Below, in pieces: positions 9,262 to 17,330 of a DNA stretch of 64,000 nt. Source of the DNA: Steroidobacteraceae bacterium (GTDB taxonomy: Bacteria > Pseudomonadota > Gammaproteobacteria > Steroidobacterales > Steroidobacteraceae); assembly GCA_035524075.1 (NCBI GenBank), contig DATKPP010000069.1, positions 3,414-67,413 of the forward strand. Reading direction: 5' to 3'. The number at the start of each line of letters is the position of its first letter. Position 1 is the first letter of the stretch. A model generated the notes under the pieces. The model was given only the letters and a program-made list of their open reading frames with translations, was not told where the DNA came from and did no database searches. A program made the translations under genes and the position numbers.

Positions 9262-11646
9262 ATGGCCACTCTCACGGCGCGGCTCGTGGCCGCGTTTGAG
9301 CACAGACGACCGTGTCGCGAGGAGGCGCTGGAGCTGCTCGAGCACGAGCATCCTGCGCTTGTCGATGCGGCCGAGGAGCTCACCCTGGCCGGTCATGGCG
9401 CGACCGTCACCTATTCCCGGAAGGTGTTCGTTCCGCTCACGCAGCTGTGTCGCGACGTGTGCCACTACTGCACGTTCGCGAAGGCGCCGCGCGCCGTGCG
9501 CTCCCCCTACCTCACGCTGCAGGAAGTGCTCGAGATTGCGCGGCGTGGTGCGGCCGCCGGCTGCAAGGAGGCGCTCTTCACATTGGGCGACAAGCCGGAG
9601 CTTCGGTATGCGCGGGCATCCGCAGCGCTCGATGAGTTGGGATATGCGAGCACTCTCGACTACCTGGGCGCGGTGGCTCACTCGGTACAGAGCGAGACCG
9701 GGCTGCTGCCACACCTCAATCCCGGCGTGATGACCGCGGAGCAGATGGGGCGACTCCGCCCCGTTTCGGTCTCGATGGGATTGATGCTCGAGACTGCCTC
9801 GGAGCGGCTCTCGGCGCGCGGGGGCCCGCACTTCGGGTCTCCCGATAAGCTCCCCAGCGCGCGACTCGCAACGCTCGAGGCCGCAGGGAAGCTCTGCATC
9901 CCATTCACCACGGGCCTCCTGATCGGAATCGGCGAAACCCGCGCCGAGCGCATCGAGGGGCTGCTCGCCATCGCCGCCCTGCACGAGCGCTACGGGCACA
10001 TTCAGGAGATCATCCTGCAGAACTTTCGGGCGAAGCCGGGAACCGCGATGGCACACGCGCCCGAGCCCTCGCTCGCCGAGCATCTGTGGACCATCGCAGC
10101 TGCGCGGCTCATTTTCGGTCCCTCGATGTCGTTGCAGGCGCCGCCGAACCTGCAGCCCGATGCGCTCGCATCCCTGGTGCGCGCGGGCGTCAACGATTGG
10201 GGCGGCGTCTCGCCCATCACACCGGATCATGTCAACCCGGAGGCTCCTTGGCCGCATCTCGATGCGCTTGCAGAACACACGCGCGCCGCGGGCCGCACGC
10301 TCACGGAGCGGCTGGCGATCACGCCCTGTTTTGCCCGGCATCCCGAGAAGTGGGTCGATGCGGGTCTGCGGGTGGCGCTGCGCAGCGCGGCCGACTCGAG
10401 CGGCCGTGCACGCCCGGACGCATGGTGCGCAGGCAGCGCGCGCCCCATTCCAGCAGCTGCGCGCTCGTGGACCGGCGCTGCGGCGGGTGAGTGCTCCCGC
10501 CCGATCCGGCAGATTCTCGATCGGGCACGCCGCGGTGACGAGCTCGCGCCCGAGCAGATCGTGGCACTTTTCGAGGTGGAGGGACGCGACCTCGAGGCCG
10601 TGCTGAGGGCCGCCGATGAGCTGCGCAACCAGACGGTGGGGCCACACATCACCTACATCGTCAATCGAAACATCAACTACACCAACATCTGCCTCTACCG
10701 GTGCGGATTCTGTGCCTTCTCCAAGAGCGGCACGAAGGCACTGCGCGGACCAGCCTATCGGCTCGATCTGGACGAGATCGCGCGCCGCTCCGTCGAGGCC
10801 GCCGAGCGCGGTGCGACCGAGGTGTGCCTGCAAGGCGGCATCCACCCGGAGTTCACCGGAGACACCTATCTCAATATCGTCGCGGCCGTCAAAGGTGCCG
10901 TTCCGGACATGCACGTCCATGCGTTCTCGCCCCTCGAGGTGACTCATGGCGCACGCACGCTCGGCTTGTCACTCGAGGACTTCCTGCGCCGCCTGAAGGC
11001 AGGCGGACTCTCGACCCTGCCCGGTACCGCGGCGGAGATCCTCGACGATGAGGTGCGCACCGTCATCTGCCCCGACAAGCTGATGACCGAGGAGTGGTTG
11101 GAGGTGATGCGTACTGCGCACTCCGTGGGCTTGCGGAGCACGGCCACCATCATGTTCGGACATGTCGATCAGCCGCTGCACTGGGCGCGCCACCTGCTGC
11201 GGCTGCGAGCGCTGCAGCGGCACACCGGGGGCTTCACCGAATTCGTGCCGCTGCCGTTCGTTCATATGGAGGCCCCGTTGTGGCGCAAGGGCCTCGCCCG
11301 TCCCGGCCCGACGTTTCGCGAGGCGGTCCTGATGCACGCCGTCGCGCGGCTTGCCTTGCATCCCGCATTCACGAACATTCAAACATCGTGGGTCAAGATG
11401 GGTCCGCAAGGAGCCGCGCTCTGCCTGCAGGCGGGAGCGAACGACCTTGGCGGCACACTCATGAACGAGTCGATCACCCGTGCGGCAGGCGGAATCAACG
11501 GCCAGGAGCTGACCGTCGAGGATCTGTGCCGGATTGTGAGCGGCCTCGGCCGGCCGATCGTTCGGCGCACGACCCTCTACGCAGAATCCCCGGCTTCCGC
11601 GCGGGTTGCCAAGACGCGATCCGAACCCATACAGTGTGGCCTCTGA
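9262..11646 (+). CDS. fbiC: Bifunctional FO synthase (7,8-didemethyl-8-hydroxy-5-deazariboflavin synthase, CofG-CofH fusion)
   Basis: 794 aa with two radical-SAM CxxxCxxC motifs (CRDVCHYC in the N-terminal half, CLYRCGFC in the C-terminal half). Length and architecture match FbiC. Confidence 0.9.
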   Translation: MATLTARLVAAFEHRRPCREEALELLEHEHPALVDAAEELTLAGHGATVTYSRKVFVPLTQLCRDVCHYCTFAKAPRAVRSPYLTLQEVLEIARRGAAAGCKEALFTLGDKPELRYARASAALDELGYASTLDYLGAVAHSVQSETGLLPHLNPGVMTAEQMGRLRPVSVSMGLMLETASERLSARGGPHFGSPDKLPSARLATLEAAGKLCIPFTTGLLIGIGETRAERIEGLLAIAALHERYGHIQEIILQNFRAKPGTAMAHAPEPSLAEHLWTIAAARLIFGPSMSLQAPPNLQPDALASLVRAGVNDWGGVSPITPDHVNPEAPWPHLDALAEHTRAAGRTLTERLAITPCFARHPEKWVDAGLRVALRSAADSSGRARPDAWCAGSARPIPAAARSWTGAAAGECSRPIRQILDRARRGDELAPEQIVALFEVEGRDLEAVLRAADELRNQTVGPHITYIVNRNINYTNICLYRCGFCAFSKSGTKALRGPAYRLDLDEIARRSVEAAERGATEVCLQGGIHPEFTGDTYLNIVAAVKGAVPDMHVHAFSPLEVTHGARTLGLSLEDFLRRLKAGGLSTLPGTAAEILDDEVRTVICPDKLMTEEWLEVMRTAHSVGLRSTATIMFGHVDQPLHWARHLLRLRALQRHTGGFTEFVPLPFVHMEAPLWRKGLARPGPTFREAVLMHAVARLALHPAFTNIQTSWVKMGPQGAALCLQAGANDLGGTLMNESITRAAGGINGQELTVEDLCRIVSGLGRPIVRRTTLYAESPASARVAKTRSEPIQCGL

Positions 11647-11682
11647 CGCCTGCGCGAGGGTCCAGAATCGCGGGAGGTTTCG

Positions 11683-12093
11683 ATGAAAAGCGCCTTCAAT
11701 GGGTTGGTTTCTCTCGCAGGGATTGCGCTGCTTCTCGGATGCGCCACGCAAGCACCGTCCACTTCCGCCGGAACGAGTCCGGGGGGTGCGCCTGCCGGAG
11801 CCGCCGCGTCACTTGCCAATACCAACCAGCCGGCTGCCTCTCCCACAGCGCAGAGCACCTCCACCGCGAATGACAAGGATGACGCTGCGACCCTCGGCTA
11901 CGATCGGGTGATCGTTCAGGGCAAGCCGCTCTACTGCCGCATGGAGGCGACGCCCGGTACCCGCATCACCAAGAAGGTTTGCCGCTCGAAGGAAGAGTTG
12001 GACGCTGAGCAAGCAGCTGCGCAGCAATATATCGACTCGGCGCAGCGAAGCTCGGGCGCGACCGGCACCGGGCAGCCCGCAGGCCCTTACTGA
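11683..12093 (+). CDS. Small lipoprotein, tandem paralog 1
   Basis: GGGAGG RBS, lipobox LLLGC, Ala/Pro/Ser linker, conserved C-terminal DDAATLGYDRVIVQGKPLYCRMEATPGTRITKKVCRSKEEL. Confidence 0.7.
   Translation: MKSAFNGLVSLAGIALLLGCATQAPSTSAGTSPGGAPAGAAASLANTNQPAASPTAQSTSTANDKDDAATLGYDRVIVQGKPLYCRMEATPGTRITKKVCRSKEELDAEQAAAQQYIDSAQRSSGATGTGQPAGPY
11860..11960 (+). repeat. 101-nt block perfectly identical to 12271..12371 (direct repeat, offset 411 nt) inside the tandem lipoprotein genes
   Basis: Hand alignment. tccaccgcgaatgacaaggatgacgctgcgaccctcggctacgatcgggtgatcgttcagggcaagccgctctactgccgcatggaggcgacgcccggtac is present in both copies, and the flanks are clearly diverged. Confidence 0.9.
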
Positions 12094-12114
12094 GCTGATC
12101 AAGAGGGAGGTGGA

Positions 12115-12516
12115 ATGAGAGCGTTCACGGGCTCGGTTCTTCTCACGAGCGCTGGGCTGATCCTCGGATGCGCCACACAAGGGCCCTCCAGTTCCACGGG
12201 ACAGACCCCAGCGGCGGCGTCACTCGCAGGTACCCACCCGGCGGGCGCCTCTGCTGCCGCGCAGACCACATCCACCGCGAATGACAAGGATGACGCTGCG
12301 ACCCTCGGCTACGATCGGGTGATCGTTCAGGGCAAGCCGCTCTACTGCCGCATGGAGGCGACGCCCGGTACGCGTATCACGAAGAAGGTTTGCCGGACCA
12401 AGGAGGAGCTGGACGCCGAGCAGGCCGCCGCCCAGCAATACATCAACGCGGCGCAGCGCAGCTCAGGCGCGATGGGCAATGGGCAGCCCGCGAACATGCC
12501 CGCGGGCCCCTACTGA
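12115..12516 (+). CDS. Small lipoprotein, tandem paralog 2
   Basis: GGGAGG RBS, lipobox LILGC, and the same C-terminal module as 11683..12093. Confidence 0.7.
   Translation: MRAFTGSVLLTSAGLILGCATQGPSSSTGQTPAAASLAGTHPAGASAAAQTTSTANDKDDAATLGYDRVIVQGKPLYCRMEATPGTRITKKVCRTKEELDAEQAAAQQYINAAQRSSGAMGNGQPANMPAGPY
12271..12371 (+). repeat. Second copy of the 101-nt perfect direct repeat
   Basis: See 11860..11960. Confidence 0.9.
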
Positions 12517-12520
12517 GTGA

Positions 12521-12538
12521 GGAGCGCAGGCGCGCTCC
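12521..12538. terminator. Short GC hairpin between convergent genes (lipoprotein 2 / rseP)
   Basis: ggagcgc-aggc-gcgctcc: 7-bp perfect stem, 4-nt loop, no clear T-run. Confidence 0.3.
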
Positions 12539-12541
12539 GGC

Positions 12542-13912
12542 CTAGCCGAACTGGCGCGACACGTCGTTGAACAGCGCCACCCCGAGCAGCAGCACGAGCA
12601 GGGCGATCCCCACCTGCTGACCGAACGCTTGCGTGCGGTCGGAAAGAGGACTGCCCTTCACCCACTCCGCGGCCTGAAAGACGATCTGTCCGCCATCGAG
12701 GATGGGGATGGGCAGCAGATTGAAGAGCGCAATGGCCAGCGAGATCAGCACCAGGAAGCTCAGAAACGAGGCTGCGCCCGCCTGAGCCGACTCGCCTGCG
12801 TACTGCGCGATGCCGATCGGGCCGCTGAGGTTTCGCAGCGAGACCTGCCCGAGCACCATGCGCCAGATGAGCCGCGCCTGCATCGCAGTGAGATTCCACG
12901 CCTCGTCTGCAGCAGAGCCGAGCGCGGCCACGGGCGAGAGTTTTCGATGCACCACGATGCCGGGGGGATAGCGCTCCGATGTCGACCAAGCTCCGATACC
13001 GGCGAACTTGCGTCCGCCCTCCTCGAGATTGGCGACCGTGACCTGAGCCGTGTGCTCCATCGCGCTCCGGCGATACTGGATCGCGACGGTCTTGCCCGCC
13101 TGCCCGGAGACATCGCGCGCGACATCCTCGAAGCTATGGACCGGACGCCCGTCGACTGCGAGGATTCGATCGCCCCCTTGCAGGCCGGCCTTCGCAGCCG
13201 GACCGTTCGGCTGCACCTGGCCAATGACCGGCGCAAATGCCGGCTCCTGGAATTCGAATCCGAGAACACTGTGCAGGTTCGTGAGGTCGCTCAACCGGTG
13301 GCGCTGCGCGGGATTACCGAGCACGAGCGTCGCGGTGCGTGCACCTCCCTCGGGTGAGGTGACAGCGAGGGTGGCACTGCCGCGCGCCAGCAAAGAGTCG
13401 AGCAGAGCAAACACGACATCGCGATCGTCGGTGACACTTTGCCCGTTGACCGCCGTGATCTCATCCCCGGTGCGCAGCCCCGCGCGCGCCGCAGCGGACG
13501 ACACGGTCACATCGCCCACGATGGGCTTGTAGTCCGTCACACCGTTCACCCAGAGCATGCCCCACAGCACCAGGATCGCGAACAGCACATTGGCTCCCGG
13601 CCCTGCGAAGAGCACGAGAATGCGCTGCCACGGGGGGCGGTGAGTGTAGGAGCGGGGCAGGTCGGCGGCCGCCACGGGCCCCTCCCGCTCGTCGAGCATC
13701 TTCACGTACCCGCCCATCGGAATGGGGGCGAGAACGATCTCCGTCTGATCCGCACCGACGACCTTGCGCACCAGCGGCTTGCCGAACCCGATCGAGAAGC
13801 GCAGCACCTTGAAGCCCAGGCGACGCGCAACCCAGAAGTGGCCGAACTCGTGCACGATCACCAGAAAACCGACCGCGACGATGTACCACAGCAGATACCA
13901 GATCACCATCAT
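12542..13912 (-). CDS. rseP: RIP site-2 zinc metalloprotease RseP
   Basis: MMVIWYLLWYIVAVGFLVIVHEFGHFWVARRLG (HExxH in TM1), PDZ-like middle region, C-terminal LFNLLPIPILDGG. ATG 13912 chosen; the track ORF extends to 14062. Confidence 0.9.
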   Translation of the reverse strand: MMVIWYLLWYIVAVGFLVIVHEFGHFWVARRLGFKVLRFSIGFGKPLVRKVVGADQTEIVLAPIPMGGYVKMLDEREGPVAAADLPRSYTHRPPWQRILVLFAGPGANVLFAILVLWGMLWVNGVTDYKPIVGDVTVSSAAARAGLRTGDEITAVNGQSVTDDRDVVFALLDSLLARGSATLAVTSPEGGARTATLVLGNPAQRHRLSDLTNLHSVLGFEFQEPAFAPVIGQVQPNGPAAKAGLQGGDRILAVDGRPVHSFEDVARDVSGQAGKTVAIQYRRSAMEHTAQVTVANLEEGGRKFAGIGAWSTSERYPPGIVVHRKLSPVAALGSAADEAWNLTAMQARLIWRMVLGQVSLRNLSGPIGIAQYAGESAQAGAASFLSFLVLISLAIALFNLLPIPILDGGQIVFQAAEWVKGSPLSDRTQAFGQQVGIALLVLLLGVALFNDVSRQFG

Positions 13913-13965
13913 GCGGGGGACAGCTCCTTGTTCGAGGTTTCCTATGATATCGCGTCCGGACGAGG

Positions 13966-14859
13966 CTATTGCTGCTGGACTGCCGCGCTTGTGACGGGCG
14001 GGGCAACGCACTGCACCACGCTCGAGCGCAGCGTCACACACGTGAGCGAGGCCGCCGAACACCGATCCAGCAGCCGCGGCAACACCTCCAGGACCACCGG
14101 AGTACCCCCGGCGGTGCGCGCGGCCCCTCCATCGTGGAGTAACAGAATATCCCCGCCGCGCAGCCCGCGCGTGAGCTTTCCGAGGACTGCGTGCGGATCG
14201 CGCTCGACGGTGTCGAAGCCGCGCCGGGTCCAGCTGGCAAGGCGCAGCCCGAGCCGTTCCAGGACGGGCTCGAGCAGCGCGTTACGCAGCCCCGCGGGAG
14301 CCCGGAAGAAAAGCGGCCGCGCTGCCGTCACGGCGCTGATCGACTGCTGCGCGCGTGAGATCTCAGCCGCCGTGGCGCGCGGCCCCAGTAACGAGAAGGA
14401 CACGAGATGCCGCTGGCTATGGTTCTCGATGGCATGTCCCCGGCGCACGATCTCGCGCGCGATCTCCGGATAGCGCTCCACCCGTTCCCCAATGCAGAAG
14501 AAAGTCGCCTTTGCACCGTGTGCCTCGAGCCGCGCGAGCACCTCGGGCGTCACCGCAGGATCGGGGCCGTCGTCGATCGTGATGGCAACGTGGCCGCACG
14601 CAGCCGCAGCCGCTGGCAGCCGCGTCCAGTTTGGACCGAGGAGCGTGCTGCGCGGCCAGAGCCCACACGCAGTGAGCACGAGGTGATCGGCCATCACGGT
14701 GCCGAGCGCCCACGGCCAGAGCTCCGGGCGCACGAGCGATGCGGCGGCCCCCGCATGCAGCAGCGCTGAGGCTCTCATGAGCGGCGAAGGCAGGAGCCGA
14801 GAGAGCCGCTGCCACCCGGATGCAGCGTGCACCGTGGTCATCCTCAAATCATAATCCAT
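13966..14859 (-). CDS. Polysaccharide deacetylase (NodB homology domain) family protein
   Basis: HVAITIDDGPDPAVTPEVLARLEAHGAKATFFCIGERV...GHAIENHSQRH matches NodB motifs 1-3. Start at 14859, or possibly 14841. Confidence 0.8.
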   Translation of the reverse strand: MDYDLRMTTVHAASGWQRLSRLLPSPLMRASALLHAGAAASLVRPELWPWALGTVMADHLVLTACGLWPRSTLLGPNWTRLPAAAAACGHVAITIDDGPDPAVTPEVLARLEAHGAKATFFCIGERVERYPEIAREIVRRGHAIENHSQRHLVSFSLLGPRATAAEISRAQQSISAVTAARPLFFRAPAGLRNALLEPVLERLGLRLASWTRRGFDTVERDPHAVLGKLTRGLRGGDILLLHDGGAARTAGGTPVVLEVLPRLLDRCSAASLTCVTLRSSVVQCVAPPVTSAAVQQQ

Positions 14860-14861
14860 GC

Positions 14862-15713
14862 ATGCAGGGCAAGATCTGTCTGGTAACCGGCGCTACGAGC
14901 GGCATTGGTCAGGCAACCGCCCGGGCACTCCTCGCCCTCGGCGCGACGGTCGTGGTCCATGGCCGCGACGCACAGAGGGGTCAGCGCACCGTGGAAGCCT
15001 TGGCGGATGTGAACGCCCGGGAGGCGTTGCGCTTCGTCCAGGCCGATCTCGCCTCGCTCGCCGAGGTGCGACGCCTTGCCGAGGAGCTCGATCGAAGCTT
15101 GCCGCGCCTGGATGTGGTCGTGCACAACGCCGGCCTCGCCTGCGCCCGTCGCACCCTGACGGTTGACGGTCACGAGACGACATTCGCCGTCAATCACCTC
15201 GCACCCTTCCTGCTCACTGCGCAGCTGCGCGGTCTCCTCGCGCGCTCCCCTCACCCGCGTATCATCGTGGTCTCCTCGGAGGCTCACCGCCGCGCACACC
15301 TCGATTTCGAGGACCTGATGCTTGCGCGACATTACGATCAGTTGCGCGCATACAGCCGCTCGAAGCTCGCGAATCTGCTGTTCACGCGCTCCCTCGCCCG
15401 GCGAGCCCTCGGCAGCGGGGCGACCTGCAACGCATTGCATCCCGGTGTCGTTCGCACGGGAATCTTCCGCCAGGCACCGCTGCTTCTGCGTGGGGCGCTC
15501 GCAGCGCTCGGCCGTGTGCTGCTGCTGTCTCCGGATCAAGGGGCGAAGACGAGCGTGTATCTTGCAAGCTCGAGTGAGGTCACGGACCAATCGGGCGGGT
15601 ACTACATCCGCTGCCGCCCGGTGCGTCCTTCGGATGCAGCGCTCGACGATGCCGCAGCGGAGCAGCTGTGGGAGCAAAGCGCGAGACTCGTCGGACTCAC
15701 TTCGGGCAGTTGA
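14862..15713 (+). CDS. Short-chain dehydrogenase/reductase (SDR)
   Basis: MQGKICLVTGATSGIGQATA (TGxxxGxG), NNAG-like HNAG, YSRSK catalytic Tyr/Lys. ATG 14862 lies inside track ORF 14820..15713. Confidence 0.85.
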   Translation: MQGKICLVTGATSGIGQATARALLALGATVVVHGRDAQRGQRTVEALADVNAREALRFVQADLASLAEVRRLAEELDRSLPRLDVVVHNAGLACARRTLTVDGHETTFAVNHLAPFLLTAQLRGLLARSPHPRIIVVSSEAHRRAHLDFEDLMLARHYDQLRAYSRSKLANLLFTRSLARRALGSGATCNALHPGVVRTGIFRQAPLLLRGALAALGRVLLLSPDQGAKTSVYLASSSEVTDQSGGYYIRCRPVRPSDAALDDAAAEQLWEQSARLVGLTSGS

Positions 15714-16332
15714 GCGCGCCGACGACCGCGGATCGCAGGAACGCGTAGGACGAACCGCCCCGCTCGAGCAGCTCCACAAGCTGAGCCGGCTCGTCGATGT
15801 CGTGCGCCAGACCGCGCCGCCACACCAGCTGGAAGTGCATACCAGCAGCCTCAGCGGCCAAGCGGTGCGCCGCGAGGCTCCCCGGACCGAAGCGCGTGTG
15901 GAAATCACAAGAGAGAGAATATGCGAGGGCATTCGTTCCGGCCTCGGCCAGGTCGGGCGCAGCAACGACGGCGTCCGCTGCGCTTTCCAGCACGAGCGCG
16001 CGCACATCCTCGGTGGTGAGGAAAGGCAGATCACCATGCACGATGAGCAACCTTTGCGCGCCTTGAGCGCGCAGCTCCTGGGCGGCGCGGGTGAGCGAGG
16101 CGTTGAGCTCGGCTCCCCGATCCGGGATCCGCCCGCAATTCTCCGGCGCGAGGCTCGCATCGCTCGTGAGCACGTGCACGCGCGCCACCTCCGGCGCCGC
16201 CGCGACTGCCTGAGCCACATGCCCCGCCATCACGCGTACGAGCTGCGAGCGCTCGCCCGCCCCGAGCGCTCGCGCGAGGCGTGTCTTGCCGCGCAGCGCG
16301 CGCTTGAGAGGTATCACGGCATGTACTTGCAT
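15697..16332 (-). CDS. cofC: F420 biosynthesis guanylyltransferase CofC/FbiD (2-phospho-L-lactate / PEP / 3-PG guanylyltransferase)
   Basis: AVIPLKRALRGKTRLARAL...HGDLPFLTTEDV...GTNAL...FGPGSLAAH...LAHDIDEPAQL follows the CofC pattern. Directly downstream of cofE. Confidence 0.8.
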   Translation of the reverse strand: MQVHAVIPLKRALRGKTRLARALGAGERSQLVRVMAGHVAQAVAAAPEVARVHVLTSDASLAPENCGRIPDRGAELNASLTRAAQELRAQGAQRLLIVHGDLPFLTTEDVRALVLESAADAVVAAPDLAEAGTNALAYSLSCDFHTRFGPGSLAAHRLAAEAAGMHFQLVWRRGLAHDIDEPAQLVELLERGGSSYAFLRSAVVGALNCPK

Positions 16333-16349
16333 GGAGCAAGACCGAGATA

Positions 16350-17123
16350 CTAACGAAAGAGATCTTCGCTTTGGGGCCGCAAGAGTGCACCTGCATCGCG
16401 CTCGGGCGCGCTCCAGTCGAGCCCGCGAGCAAGCACCACCGGAGTACTCTCGGCGGCCTCGCCCATGACGAGCCCAGCGCCGGCGGCGATTGCGTCTGCA
16501 AAGGCCACCTCCGTCACCTCGAGCTTTCGGCCGTTGCGGTCAAGGGCTCCGCGCCGGTCGATCAGCGCCGGAAGCCCGGCGCAGCCGAGCGCGACATTGA
16601 CCACGCCGCGACGCCACGGCCGACCGAAACTGTCGCTGACGATCACGCCGAGTGAGATTCCCAGAAGCTCGATCAAGCGCTGTCTGAGCGCCGCCGCGGA
16701 GCCATCGGGGTCGCGCGGCAGGAGCAAAACTCTCGCACGTGCTGCGCGTGCCGCGTGGGTCGCGGGAACGTTCGAGCGATCCACACCCGCGTTCGCCATG
16801 ACGAACCCCAGCCGGTGCCGGACGATGAGCACGTTCGGTGCAGCCCGAACGATCTCCTCCGACTCGCGAAGAACGACTTCGACGAATCTCGGATCCTTGC
16901 CCGTGATCTGCGCGAGGCGGCGCGCCTGCGCCGAGGGAACCACGTCATCGAGCTCCACGAAGCAACCCTCGGCCTTCGATACGGCCTTCTGCGCGACGAT
17001 CAGCACGTCGCGCTCGCCCGGTACGAGCGCCCCGGTTTGAAGCGATCGTGCGATGTGCTCTCCCAGGTCCTCGCCCGGCTGGATCTCGGGCAGGCCCTGC
17101 AGTGCGCTAAAGCTCACTTCCAT
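16350..17123 (-). CDS. cofE: Coenzyme F420-0:L-glutamate ligase (stand-alone CofE, no nitroreductase domain)
   Basis: GLPEIQPGEDLGEHIA...VLIVAQKAVSKAEG...RHRLGFVMANAGVDRSNV...GVIVSDSFGRPWRRG is typical of CofE. At 257 aa it lacks the FbiB C-terminal domain. Confidence 0.85.
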   Translation of the reverse strand: MEVSFSALQGLPEIQPGEDLGEHIARSLQTGALVPGERDVLIVAQKAVSKAEGCFVELDDVVPSAQARRLAQITGKDPRFVEVVLRESEEIVRAAPNVLIVRHRLGFVMANAGVDRSNVPATHAARAARARVLLLPRDPDGSAAALRQRLIELLGISLGVIVSDSFGRPWRRGVVNVALGCAGLPALIDRRGALDRNGRKLEVTEVAFADAIAAGAGLVMGEAAESTPVVLARGLDWSAPERDAGALLRPQSEDLFR

Positions 17124-17330
17124 ACGGTCAGATTATGCAAGACCGCCCGCCGTTGTCGCCAATCGGATACGCCACGTTGTGCGCCCGCTGTGGTCAACGC
17201 GTCCCCTGTCAACCAAACACCGCATCGAGCGCTTTGTAAGCGAAGTTATACATCGAGCAATCGCCGCACCGCGGCACGCAGTCTGAAGGGTGTTGGTTTT
17301 CTCTCGACTTTCAGGCAGGAGGTCTCGGAC

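Noticed and set aside
9205-10947. 580-aa minus-strand ORF
   Set aside because: Antisense to fbiC, whose two radical-SAM motifs and length are unambiguous.
13966-15713. Search for a hidden cofD/fbiA among the ~300-aa ORFs near cofC/cofE
   Set aside because: 13966..14859 has clear NodB deacetylase motifs and 14862..15713 clear SDR motifs. Neither resembles CofD, and no other candidate is in the window.
17190-17215. Third occurrence of ggtcaacg (17198-17205), upstream of cofE, as part of the cassette motif
   Set aside because: Only the 8-mer, which contains a -35-like TTGACC on the reverse strand, is shared. The second block, gtctcgg, is absent. It is most simply a generic -35-like hexamer.
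16755-17330. 5' part of the 825-aa track ORF 16755..19232
   Set aside because: It is antisense to the well-supported cofE gene and has no recognisable features. The lipoprotein signal (MNVKWTHRMACALALATLAAC) with a GGAGG RBS starts at 17331.
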